Position numbers and translations under genes: made by a program
Assembly: GCA_965222225.1 (NCBI GenBank)
Contig: CBDCTK010000002.1
Coordinates: 1,376,001 to 1,440,000 of the forward strand
Origin: Candidatus Poribacteria bacterium
GTDB taxonomy: Bacteria; Poribacteria; WGA-4E; JAJDTR01
Direction: 5' to 3'
Length of the DNA: 64,000 nt
Part shown: in pieces, positions 8,045-17,778 of the stretch
Layout: every line of letters begins with the position of its first letter
How positions within the stretch are numbered: the first letter of the stretch is position 1
Notes under the pieces: generated by a model
Database searches by the model: none
What the model saw: the letters and a program-made list of their open reading frames with translations, nothing else
Told to the model about the DNA's origin: nothing

Positions 8045-9970
8045 TTAACGCCGATGAAAGCGACGTTCCAACTCATTCTTGCTCATTTCGATAGTAATCG
8101 GCCTAGAGTGCGGGCAGTTGAATGGCAATTTCGCCTGTGACAACTCCTTTATCAGGTTCACCATTTCCTCCATGGTCAACGGATCCCCGGCTTTGACGGC
8201 AGATTTACAGGCAAGCGTAATCAATGCTCGATCCTGAATCTCAAGCATCTCAATTGAGGGCTGCCCGATGGCCGCAATTTTGTCTAGGAGATCCGTAACG
8301 GTATTGACTACAAGGCGCATAGGAAGCGGTGCGGGTATAGAGCGCAGGAGAATGGTGTTTCCTCCAAAAGGCTCCACATCGAATCCCATCGTTCTGAAGA
8401 GGTCTTCGTGTGCGTTAAAGGTGTTCAACTGCTGCGAGTCCATTTCCATCGTCACCGGAAGCAACAATCCCTGTACCGGTATACCGTCGGTTTTCAACTG
8501 CTCAATGAACCGTTCGTAGAGCACCCGCTCTGCCGCCACATGTTGATCTATGATAAACACCTTGTCTTGACTTTCCGCAACAATGTAGGTGTTGAAGAGA
8601 TTGGTTTTTAACTCTACCTTCTCGAAATCAAACAATTCAAGGGTTACGCCTTCTGGAACTGCCCGATGCGGAGGTTGAACAACACTTGGAATCGGTTGAT
8701 GCTGTGTTTTTAATTCATCATTTGATGTTTCGATCTTCTCTTTCTCGACCAAATCGATCCGAGGTATTGTCGGTACAGGTTCAGTTGGTTGAGTGGATTC
8801 TCCAGTTCCTACTCCTTTAGCAAGCGCTGCAAAATCGTTACTAGGCGAAGAATCTATTGTTTCTTCTGTTCCCACCACGTTCACTTGCGACGACTCAGTA
8901 ATTGCTCGTGCTCCGTCTGAGATTTCTCCATTTTCCTCCGCAGCCATGTCTCGTCCATCAGTTTCTATTCTTGGAATATATTTATGCCTGTAGACACCAC
9001 TGTGAATCACCCGCACCACGCCTCCGTACATTCCCTGCTCATTCCGAAACCGCACCTCAATTTTAGCGGGATGGACATTGACATCAACCTCCTCAGAATC
9101 CATTGTCAGAAAAAGGAAGACAACAGCGTATCGATCTTTGGGAACCAATGAGCGCATCGCTTCTGCAAGCGCAGCTCCGAGTATTTTGCTGCGGATTGGA
9201 CGTCGATTCAGAAAGAAAAGTTGATAGTTTCGATTTGATTTCGTCAACTCAGGTTTGCCGATGAAACAGTGGAGGTGAAGTCTTGCGAGATCAGCGTCAA
9301 ATTCAATTAAATTCTCGGCAAATTCTTTTCCATACAACAAACGAATTCGCTCAATATGTGAATCGCAAGAGCGCACATCAATTGTTGAGCGTCCATTGTG
9401 AGAAAGGGAAAATTGAACCTTCGGATGAGCAAGCGCAGCCCACGTGATTTGGTTGGTGATATGGTTAAATTCTGTTGTTCCACTTTTAAGAAATTTTTGG
9501 CGCGCCGGAACATTGTAGAAAAGGTTGTTAATCGTTATGTGGGTGCCCGGTGAACAGCCGCTCTCTTGCACAGATCGCACCACGCCGCCTTCAACAGTTA
9601 CTTTGGTGCCCTCAAGCGCTTCTGCAGTTCGGGTCAAAAGCTCAAATTGTGATACAGAAGCAATACTCGGCAACGCCTCACCGCGAAAACCGAACGTCTG
9701 GATTCGCTGGAGATCCTCGATGCAATGAACCTTGCTCGTTGCATGGCGCTCTAATGCAATCAAAGCGTCCTCGCGAGTCATCCCGGTCCCGTTGTCCGAA
9801 ACACGAAGCAGCCTCTTACCTCCGGCGCGGACTTCAACTCCAACACTCGTACTCTGCGCATCAACTGCATTCTCGATTAATTCTTTAATCGCAGAGGCTG
9901 GACGTTCAACAACCTCCCCGGCAGCAATCTTGTTCGAGACATCGGGCGGTAGGATTTTAATCTTCGCCAT
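8045..9970 (-). CDS. mutL: DNA mismatch repair endonuclease MutL
   Basis: IAAGEVVERPAS, KELIENAVDA, GFRGEAL, DVNVHPAK, DQH...ERVLYE, ACK, CPHSRP; start MAKIKIL chosen over ORF-track 10051. Confidence 0.95.
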   Translation of the reverse strand: MAKIKILPPDVSNKIAAGEVVERPASAIKELIENAVDAQSTSVGVEVRAGGKRLLRVSDNGTGMTREDALIALERHATSKVHCIEDLQRIQTFGFRGEALPSIASVSQFELLTRTAEALEGTKVTVEGGVVRSVQESGCSPGTHITINNLFYNVPARQKFLKSGTTEFNHITNQITWAALAHPKVQFSLSHNGRSTIDVRSCDSHIERIRLLYGKEFAENLIEFDADLARLHLHCFIGKPELTKSNRNYQLFFLNRRPIRSKILGAALAEAMRSLVPKDRYAVVFLFLTMDSEEVDVNVHPAKIEVRFRNEQGMYGGVVRVIHSGVYRHKYIPRIETDGRDMAAEENGEISDGARAITESSQVNVVGTEETIDSSPSNDFAALAKGVGTGESTQPTEPVPTIPRIDLVEKEKIETSNDELKTQHQPIPSVVQPPHRAVPEGVTLELFDFEKVELKTNLFNTYIVAESQDKVFIIDQHVAAERVLYERFIEQLKTDGIPVQGLLLPVTMEMDSQQLNTFNAHEDLFRTMGFDVEPFGGNTILLRSIPAPLPMRLVVNTVTDLLDKIAAIGQPSIEMLEIQDRALITLACKSAVKAGDPLTMEEMVNLIKELSQAKLPFNCPHSRPITIEMSKNELERRFHRR

Positions 9971-10102
9971 AACCAGCCCCTGCAGAATGGTGGTTAAGTA
10001 TAGAAGTAACCGATTGTACTGTCCGTCGGAAATCTTGACAACGAATCGCAATCACAGGCATTGCAGTCATTATGTACCCGTATTCCTCAAACTTCCCACA
10101 TT

Positions 10103-10111
10103 AGTATAGCA
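10103..10111 (-). promoter_or_regulatory. Extended -10 element TGCTATACT upstream of mutL
   Basis: TGnTATACT; the same pattern recurs before ftsA, the vWA gene and acyP. Confidence 0.45.
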
Positions 10112-10180
10112 ATTCAACTGCGAATTAGCCTTCCACGTACGAGTAAAACCATGAGGACATTCGCAGACATCTGAGAAAGT

Positions 10181-11234
10181 CTAATCATCCACAGTATAAA
10201 GATTACAGTGGCAGGCGCGCATATCGGTGAAGATAGGCACGGATAGATAGGCTTCACGACAATGTACCATTACTTCAGGGCATCGGGGATGAAAATGACA
10301 GCTTGTCGGTGGGTTTATCGGAGATGACACATCACCTTCAGGGCGAATTCTCTCAACTCCTGATTCCGGGTCTACCTTCGGTAGCGCCGACAGCAACGTA
10401 CGTGTGTATGGATATCGCGGGTCATCGAAAATTTCTTCTATCCTGTCGCGTTCAATGGTTCTACCAAGGTAATCACTGCTACTTCATCAATAAGTTATTG
10501 ACAACGACAGATAGTGCGTGATGACGGATAGCCCAAATACAACCCCGCCTGAAGTACCTGAAAAAGATTCAGAATCTGTGCCTAAATTGTGACATCAAGA
10601 GAGATTATTGGCTCATTAGTGATCAGTAACCCAGGACGGCATGATAGCGCCATTGCAATCCTCACGCGCTATCCCATCCCACCCGAAAGCTGACGCGGAT
10701 GCTCATAAAAACGCTGTGCAGGTTCCGGAACTCCAACCAAATCTAACATCTTGATGGTAGCGTTTTGGCTGCTCTTGCACGGGTTCCTTAGTGCTGTTCG
10801 AACGCTTCCACAATCTGGTTTCCCACAGTGAAGACTAGATCAAGACTCGTCATCGGATCTTGGAAAACTATTGCAATCTCAACACCCTGAATCTTCCGCT
10901 TGCCGACTTTCGAAAGGCTAGTTATTTCTTGCTTCAGACAATAAATCCTGCGCTCTGCAATAAACCCTGACGGTTGCGGTACGAGTTGGATGCTTGATAG
11001 AGTGGTAACGCTCTTGCCACAGCCAGATTCCCCAACGAGCGCAAAAATTTCGTTGTTCCTGATTTCGAACGGCACACCATCTACGACGCGGGCGAGTCCT
11101 TCAACGGTTTGGAAGAATATTTTCAGATTCTCAACACCCAGTAAGGTATCGTTTAACGGAAGCTCTCGCGGTCGGCTATCGGATCTACGCAGCATGGCTA
11201 CTCTAACATAGGAGTTGCAGTGTGTCAACTGCAA
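10181..11234 (-). pseudogene. Decayed dipeptide/oligopeptide ABC transporter ATPase (DppD/DppF-like)
   Basis: GESGCGKS Walker A; continuation [38 protein letters not shown] with in-frame stops; C-terminal SPINPPTSCHFHPRCP fragment. Confidence 0.85.
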
Positions 11235-11240
11235 AAACCG

Positions 11241-11367
11241 TGTAGGGAACGGGTTCTGTGCCGTCCCATGTTATACAAGATAATAACGGCTGTCCCGACT
11301 GCAGGATGTACAATCTTCAATCTATGTGCCCGCTACAAGAAGGCGAACACAGTGGTTCACCCCTACA
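11241..11367. repeat. Degenerate GTAG-type REP cluster (REPIN-like)
   Basis: GTAG-GGAACGG-n8-CCGTCCC at 11242-11267 and inverted GGCGAAC-n6-GTTCACCC-CTAC at 11342-11366. Confidence 0.5.
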
Positions 11368-11651
11368 GAATAAGGACGTTCTTGTATCCTAGGGAATAGC
11401 GCGGGGACGTGGTTTCGAAGCGAGAGTTCCGTAACACAACCAATGGATTTTAGATGCGATTGCCTTGGAACAGGAATTCGGATGGCTTGACACCGTGCGA
11501 TAAACAATCTATAATGGTTGTAGTCTCAAAATAGGATTCAAAGATATAGAAAGTGCGTCGCCGAATTGGTAATTACAGCACGGTGCTTCTTGATTTAGCA
11601 GGCAACTTATGGATTACATAATCCAGCATTGAGATAGGAGGTACCAACCAA

Positions 11652-12359
11652 ATGAAACCCGTGCTTGTGAATTGGATTATTGGCATTCTACTGCTCGTTT
11701 CTTGCCCCTGCCAATTTGTTCAGTCTGGAACGTGGCGCGACGATTTCGAAGACAAGATAACCACCGAATGGACAATTTACAATCTAGACCGTCGAGTTGA
11801 AAAGTGGTGGATTGACAACGGAGAAGCTGTGGGGGAGATTTTTCACCCGGGATACATGAGTTTATGGTTGACGGGAGAGCTGAATTGGCGCGATTATTCA
11901 GTTTCGTGCCGAGTAAAGCTAGTAGAGGAAAAAAACCATCCCGCGACTGTTGGTCTCACCCTCCACGACAGAGGGGAAGAAGACAGTCGCTATCTATTCT
12001 TTGTTGAGGTCACGCTCGGCGTCGTCCGAATCATCATAACTACACCGGACGGTTGGTTCGTACGTACTTTTCCGTTTGAAACGGAGATAGATACGTGGTA
12101 TCAACTGAAGGCTACGATTAGCGGTGAGTTCTGGGAGTTTCAGGTTGACGATCAGGTTTTTGTTGGACGAGATTTAAATCCGCTAGAAGGCGGGCAAGCC
12201 GGGCTGGTGGTTTCCGATGCGCGCGCCCGATTTGATGACGTCGAGATTAGTGGACCAAATATCAAGAACGGTGGGCCCGGGCAGCCACGCCCAGTTGATG
12301 AAAAGCAGAAATTACCAACAGTGTGGGCAAGAATCAGATCTGACGCAAGGGGTAATTGA
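11652..12359 (+). CDS. Secreted DUF1080-like/concanavalin-fold protein with short C-terminal K-L-x-T-x-W motif
   Basis: Signal peptide; WRDDFED, WRDYSV, GQAGL...ARFDDVEI; tail PVDEKQKLPTVWARIR; AGGAGG SD. Confidence 0.7.
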   Translation: MKPVLVNWIIGILLLVSCPCQFVQSGTWRDDFEDKITTEWTIYNLDRRVEKWWIDNGEAVGEIFHPGYMSLWLTGELNWRDYSVSCRVKLVEEKNHPATVGLTLHDRGEEDSRYLFFVEVTLGVVRIIITTPDGWFVRTFPFETEIDTWYQLKATISGEFWEFQVDDQVFVGRDLNPLEGGQAGLVVSDARARFDDVEISGPNIKNGGPGQPRPVDEKQKLPTVWARIRSDARGN

Positions 12360-12432
12360 TTGAATGGCCGAAGGGCGGTTGTCGAGTTCTTTGCGCCTTT
12401 TCAAGGACTATCTTTCGCTAGACTCAATACAA

Positions 12433-14040
12433 TCAGCCTATCAACTGATTCACCAAATATTGTGGATTAAGTTTTTCCCCCGTTGCATCAACGAGCAACT
12501 CATTCCAATGAACATTGCTGCCCGGTTTAAAGACCTTCTCACGTAAGTATTCACCGACTCGCTTCTCGTTGACATATCCCGTCTCTGTGACTCCGGCACC
12601 GTTCAAGACATGGTAGTCAATGGTATGCTGGAATTGTGAAGCAACTATCTCCCCCAAGAGATAATTGTGATAGTAGACCGGCGCCGTCGCAATATGAATC
12701 TTTGCTGCCCAGTCAGGTTCGTCCCTGCCATCGGGTCGCGTCAGAAATTGAAAGTGCTCGACTAAATCCCACCACAGTGAATTTAAATCCTGATCCGGAT
12801 TGCGGTAGAACTCACGTTCAAAGCAAATCATTACCATCGTCCACCGAACAAAGATGAGCATCCGCAAACGAAATGTTTCCTTCATTTCAGCCGAAATAAT
12901 TTGCTTCAGGTCGAGGGGAAGACTAATCATACGATCCAACCACTCCACGTTATGAGCCAAACGCCCCATAAGCATCGCGGTTGCTTCCGTCGTGATTAAG
13001 TGTGCGGGGGTACGCAGCGTGAATGGTAGGGAAGGGTCCAACTGTTTATCATAAACAGCGTGTCCGTACTCGTGTAGCATTGTTTCCATCCACTTCGCAG
13101 TCGATCTTACGTTCGCAAGCACGCGTACATCCCCTTTTCGATCAATGTGTATGCAGAAAGCATGCTGATTCTTGCCGGGACGCTCGTAGTGATCGCTCTT
13201 TTCAACAAGGTCGTCAATGGACAAATTGATGCCTCGGAAGAAATCTTTTGCAAGGCCAACAACGTCCAACTCGGCGAACAGTTCGTCAAGATTGACCTCA
13301 CTAATATTGGGTGCTTCCTGAAAGAAAACATCCGCATAATGCCAAGGGCGAAGTGCCTCTACATCAACACCAAAGCGCCTCGCGAGGTTGTCGTCTAGTT
13401 TCGACTTCATCTCCGAAAATGGATCGTTTGTTAAGTCTTCCATTTGGCTGATTGTTTCGGCGAGAAATGTGGGGTCGATCTCATGAATTGTCAGCGACAT
13501 CTGATAGTAATCGTCAAACCCGACTGTGCGTGCTGCTTGGTTACGTAGGTGAGCTAGGTCGATTAGATTCTTTGCAACTTTACCTCCAATCTGCTTGCTC
13601 CCTTCCCATACAATTTGTCTCTTTGTGCGATCGATTTCTGACTTCAATACATCGCGGATAGCGTTGTCATTCATCTCTACTCCCTCTACCACAGCGCGAT
13701 GTCTAGTAAAGACTTGCTCAATCGCGGTCTGCCGTCTGACAAGCTCTTTGATTGCCTCGGGAGACAGTTGTTCCGATGTAAATTCCAAGAGCAGCAAGTG
13801 CAATTGGCGTGACAATTGGGTAGATATGTTCTGACTCGTCGCTTGGAATGTCTTCAACTGCTCAAATCGGTCGCGATCAGCGAAGATAAGACGATATTGT
13901 GTTTCTAGTTTTGAAACTCTTTGAACAGCTTCATCCGACCCTGTTAGGCTAGCCTCCCAATATGCTTCTGCCAGTTGTCTGGCAAGAGGCTCAATTATTG
14001 CCGTGAGATTCTTAATGAACAGTTCTAATTGTGATTCCAT
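12433..14040 (-). CDS. M2/M3-family zinc metallopeptidase
   Basis: HEYGH plus downstream TEA Glu; HAFC, KIHIATAPVYYHNYLLGE; AAGGAG SD. Confidence 0.85.
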   Translation of the reverse strand: MESQLELFIKNLTAIIEPLARQLAEAYWEASLTGSDEAVQRVSKLETQYRLIFADRDRFEQLKTFQATSQNISTQLSRQLHLLLLEFTSEQLSPEAIKELVRRQTAIEQVFTRHRAVVEGVEMNDNAIRDVLKSEIDRTKRQIVWEGSKQIGGKVAKNLIDLAHLRNQAARTVGFDDYYQMSLTIHEIDPTFLAETISQMEDLTNDPFSEMKSKLDDNLARRFGVDVEALRPWHYADVFFQEAPNISEVNLDELFAELDVVGLAKDFFRGINLSIDDLVEKSDHYERPGKNQHAFCIHIDRKGDVRVLANVRSTAKWMETMLHEYGHAVYDKQLDPSLPFTLRTPAHLITTEATAMLMGRLAHNVEWLDRMISLPLDLKQIISAEMKETFRLRMLIFVRWTMVMICFEREFYRNPDQDLNSLWWDLVEHFQFLTRPDGRDEPDWAAKIHIATAPVYYHNYLLGEIVASQFQHTIDYHVLNGAGVTETGYVNEKRVGEYLREKVFKPGSNVHWNELLVDATGEKLNPQYLVNQLIG

Positions 14041-14113
14041 GGAACACTCCTTCGATTTTAGTCAGGAATACGGTTTTGCTCCGAAACTATTTACCGTTCA
14101 TCAAGCTGGCGCG

Positions 14114-14159
14114 AAAAAAGCGCTCAAAAGGATTGGGATGACCTACCCTAAGAGCGCTT
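14114..14159 (-). terminator. Possible intrinsic terminator downstream of the ftsZ-radical SAM unit
   Basis: AAGCGCTC...GAGCGCTT stem followed by a T run on the minus strand; long loop weakens the call. Confidence 0.3.
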
Positions 14160-14398
14160 CAATAATTTTGAAAATATAATATGGTATACCAGTCAACTGA
14201 TGGTTCGCACTGATTGACACACCCAAAGTTACTATGGAGATTGGAAAATAGAGTTGGAAAGACGGAAGAATAGGCGATACTTTCCGAGACTATTTACAAA
14301 CCTCGCAAGGTACACAACTTGTTACACGCTGCGAACCGGCGGGGTTGCGCTAGAGCGCCAGCATGAATTGAACTATCATAATCGCAACTTCATATAGC

Positions 14399-16138
14399 TC
14401 AGCATGCACCGCACTTCTTACAAACGGTTGTGTCACATGGGCTGGTCATGAATCCGCTGACCTGTTTTTTGAATTCGTGGCTAAGATATCCAGGCTTTAC
14501 ATTCAAGTCAAGGTGATCCCAAGGATGGATTTCAGTGAGTGAGCGTGGTCGAAGCGCGTAGAAATCAGGATCGAGCCGATGTTTCTTAAACGCCTGCTTC
14601 CATTGCATGCCCCGCGAAAGATCTAGAATGACTTTCCCGAGCCGCCGATCTCCGCGAGCAAAAACACCTTCTTGATATGCCAAACGGGCACTTGCAGACG
14701 ATACCTTTAAACCTCCAATGCTGTTGATTTCCCGCTTCAGAAAATCTAGCTTACGAGCTATAGTCTTCTGATCCTCCATCGCCACCCACTGAAACGGTGT
14801 ATGGGGTTTGGGAACCATCGGAGATATAGTGAAACTAATTCGTCCCATACGCCCCGTTTTCTTGGCATAAGGGAGAAGAATCGAGCGCATCTCCCTTGCC
14901 ATATTGGCGATTGCCTCTACGTCGGCGGCGGTTTCGTACGGAACGCCAATGAGAAAGTACAGGCGCAAATTGAGAATTTCACGCTTTAAGGCTTCTTCAA
15001 AGACATGATAGAGTCGTTCACGCGGAATCGCCTTGTTTACGACCCTTTGTAAGTTTTCGGTCGCCACCTCTGGCGCAATGGTAATGGTTCCTTGTTCACT
15101 TTCGGCAAGTGCATCAAGCAAGGGAGGGCGCACAGTTTCCGCCCTCAACGAGGCACACGAGATTCGGAACCCTTTCTCTACAAGGCCAGAGGCAATCTCA
15201 TCAATTTGAGGATGATCCGAGATTGAAGCACCAACTAAGCCAATTCTATCTGTAATACCACGAGCGAACTCAGCTAGCTTTAATGTGTTTTCGACGGAAC
15301 GGTGTCGAGGCCATCGGCGAGCATAATCAGCAACACAGAAGCGGCATTGTCGTCCACAACCGCGTACGATTTCAATCAGATGAGCGTTGGAAAATTCGGT
15401 GTTAGGGGTATGAATCTGAGTGCAAGTTTCAACATCATCAAGATTCGCGACAGCGCTAGCGACGATCTTTTCGGGTGCGTTAACTCCTGCTCTCGTGCGT
15501 TCAATCGTACCATCATCCCGATAATCAACTTGGTAGAGATTGGGAACGTAGAAGCCCGGGATTGTTACAAGGGAACGCAGCAAATCTGCTTTACGGGCGC
15601 CAGTCTCACTCCATCCGTTAATGGAATCCATCAAGTTGTGGATTGTGATTTCCCCCTCCCCGACGAAACATATATCAACAAAATCGGTTATGGGTTCCGG
15701 ATTGTACGAGATATTGATACCTCCCGCGATAATCAACGGATCTCTATCACTCCGGTCCGCAGCTAAAGGTGGAATATGTGCCAACTCCAATGCTAGTGGA
15801 ATATTGACATAATCCGATTCAAACGAAACAGAGAATCCGATTAGATTGAATTGATTGAGCGGGGTTTGAGTTTCAAACGAGAAGAGCGGGCTCCGGTTAT
15901 CACGGAGTTGCCTTTGTATCTGGGGATGTGGTAAGAAAGCACGTTCACAGGAAGTATCCTCGCGCCTGTTGAGCGTGGAATAGATGACTTGGACCCCAAG
16001 ACTTGACATCCCGAGTTCATAGGCGCCCGGGTAGACCAGCACAGAACGGATTCCTTTCCGGAAATTATGGCGGGGGCGTTGCTCCTGGGCCAACAGTTCC
16101 GCGTACGTTTGGCGGAGATTCGATTTCATTTTGCCCAC
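14399..16138 (-). CDS. Radical SAM protein with N-terminal B12-binding-like domain (TIGR03960-like)
   Basis: YPGAYELGMSSLG, CERAF, RGCGRQCRFC (CxxxCxxC), PKPHTPFQW, terminal C-x4-CxxCGAC. Confidence 0.85.
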   Translation of the reverse strand: MGKMKSNLRQTYAELLAQEQRPRHNFRKGIRSVLVYPGAYELGMSSLGVQVIYSTLNRREDTSCERAFLPHPQIQRQLRDNRSPLFSFETQTPLNQFNLIGFSVSFESDYVNIPLALELAHIPPLAADRSDRDPLIIAGGINISYNPEPITDFVDICFVGEGEITIHNLMDSINGWSETGARKADLLRSLVTIPGFYVPNLYQVDYRDDGTIERTRAGVNAPEKIVASAVANLDDVETCTQIHTPNTEFSNAHLIEIVRGCGRQCRFCVADYARRWPRHRSVENTLKLAEFARGITDRIGLVGASISDHPQIDEIASGLVEKGFRISCASLRAETVRPPLLDALAESEQGTITIAPEVATENLQRVVNKAIPRERLYHVFEEALKREILNLRLYFLIGVPYETAADVEAIANMAREMRSILLPYAKKTGRMGRISFTISPMVPKPHTPFQWVAMEDQKTIARKLDFLKREINSIGGLKVSSASARLAYQEGVFARGDRRLGKVILDLSRGMQWKQAFKKHRLDPDFYALRPRSLTEIHPWDHLDLNVKPGYLSHEFKKQVSGFMTSPCDTTVCKKCGAC

Positions 16139-16141
16139 TAT

Positions 16142-17368
16142 CTACTTTTTGTCCTTGGAATTCCGGACCCGGAGAAACGCCGGAATATCTAATACTTCGT
16201 CTGGATTTTCGTCTAGGTCACGTCGTGGAAAGTCTTTTGATTGCGGCGGTTCAGTATTGGGACGTGAAGTAGACTCCGTAAAAGAACCTGATTGTTGCCT
16301 TGATGGTTGAAAATTTTGACGACTAGGACGATTGCCGGGTGAGGCGGACGAATATTCACGATGAAAGATGTCGTCAATGGGACTTGTCGCACTACTCCCT
16401 GGTGATTCATGATAATTGTTGAAACCGGTCGCAATTACAGTAACACGCAACATTTCTTGAAGTTCCTCATTGTATGCGAGTCCAAAAATTACCTGCTCTG
16501 TTTCAGAGGCGTCTTTAATTACCGCCATTGCCTCCTCCAACTCTTGCATTGTCATGTCGGGAGGACCAATGATATTTACAATGATTCCGGTGGCTCCCTT
16601 AATAGAACCCTCCTCTAGCAATGGAGAAGAAATAGCTTCTTGTGCTGCGAGTTCTGCGCGATTATCGCCCGACGCTGTCCCAATGCCCATAAGTGCACCG
16701 CCCGCGTTGGACATAATCGTCTTTACATCAGCGAAGTCAAGATTGATTTCTCCAGGGACTGTGATAAGATCGGAGATGCTCTGAACCCCATGATGTAGAA
16801 TTTGATCGCCCATTCGAAATGCCATGCGTATAGGCAGCTTTCGATCGACAACGTCAATCAGACGTTGATTGGGAATAACGATTACGGAATCGGCATTCTC
16901 GCGAAGGTTTTCCAAGCCCCGTTCAGCTTGCTCCGCGCGTCGCCTACCTTCAAAATCAAAAGGTCGTGTCACAACGGCGATTGTCAAGGCTGCGCTTTCT
17001 TTGGCAAGTGCGGCGATAATTGGAGCCGCGCCTGTACCGGTACCGCCCCCCATTCCCGCCGTGACGAAAACCATATCCGATCCCTCAACGACACCTTGGA
17101 GTCGTTCTCTATCCTCTTCGGCAGCCTTTTTGCCAATCTCTGGATCCGCCCCGGCGCCCAGCCCGCCTGTCATATTCTGACCAATTGGAATTCTCGTGGC
17201 ATTTGGGCACGCCTGAAGCGCTTGATGATCCGTATTGACCACATAAAACTCAACACCTGCCATGGCTTGCTCAATCATGCGTTTGACAGCATTACTTCCA
17301 CCACCGCCGACTCCTATGACTTTGATCTTTGCAAGCGCTTCAAAGTCCTCCTGTTCAAATTCAATCAT
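16142..17368 (-). CDS. ftsZ: Cell division protein FtsZ
   Basis: GVGGGGSNAV, GMGGGTGTG, NLDFADV, C-terminal LDIPAFLR. Confidence 0.98.
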   Translation of the reverse strand: MIEFEQEDFEALAKIKVIGVGGGGSNAVKRMIEQAMAGVEFYVVNTDHQALQACPNATRIPIGQNMTGGLGAGADPEIGKKAAEEDRERLQGVVEGSDMVFVTAGMGGGTGTGAAPIIAALAKESAALTIAVVTRPFDFEGRRRAEQAERGLENLRENADSVIVIPNQRLIDVVDRKLPIRMAFRMGDQILHHGVQSISDLITVPGEINLDFADVKTIMSNAGGALMGIGTASGDNRAELAAQEAISSPLLEEGSIKGATGIIVNIIGPPDMTMQELEEAMAVIKDASETEQVIFGLAYNEELQEMLRVTVIATGFNNYHESPGSSATSPIDDIFHREYSSASPGNRPSRQNFQPSRQQSGSFTESTSRPNTEPPQSKDFPRRDLDENPDEVLDIPAFLRVRNSKDKK

Positions 17369-17418
17369 AATTAGCTTCAGTTACTGGTTAAGCAACTCAG
17401 TAACCTAATTTCCTCCTT
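17369..17418 (-). promoter_or_regulatory. ftsZ translation-initiation region: AAGGAGG separated from ATG by a 43-nt hairpin
   Basis: AAGGAGG-A-AATTAG-GTTACTG-n11-CAGTAAC-TGAAG-CTAATT-ATG. Confidence 0.6.
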
Positions 17419-17472
17419 CACGTTAGGACACAAGCTAATAAAGAGTTTTTCATCTTGCATCGCCCATGGCAG

Positions 17473-17501
17473 ATTATAATGCACATTGCAACCTAAGTCA
17501 A
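17473..17501 (-). promoter_or_regulatory. Sigma70-type promoter of ftsZ
   Basis: TTGACT-N17-TATAAT. Confidence 0.8.
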
Positions 17502-17778
17502 CGATTTTTTTCGGAAATGGCGGTCTAGCTCTGGTTTTAACACGTTTTTGCTATATTCTGTAATATTCCTTAGGCTTTCCCCGTTAGATGCCTAATTTGA
17601 AAGAAGGCGTCAAAGCCATTTTCCATCATCTGAGGTTAAAACCATCCAATTTTGACCGAACTTTTCCCACGAGCCCCGCCCAAAGACGGACTTGGAATAT
17701 TCGATGAAGTACGAGGTTACACCATGCAGTCAAATCTTGAGGCCGGCGACACCGTGGCAAGTGGCAAATGTTGTAGAT

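Noticed and set aside
14170-14395. Possible MITE or repeat debris downstream of the radical SAM gene
   Set aside because: Only short imperfect inverted repeats and no second copy in the window
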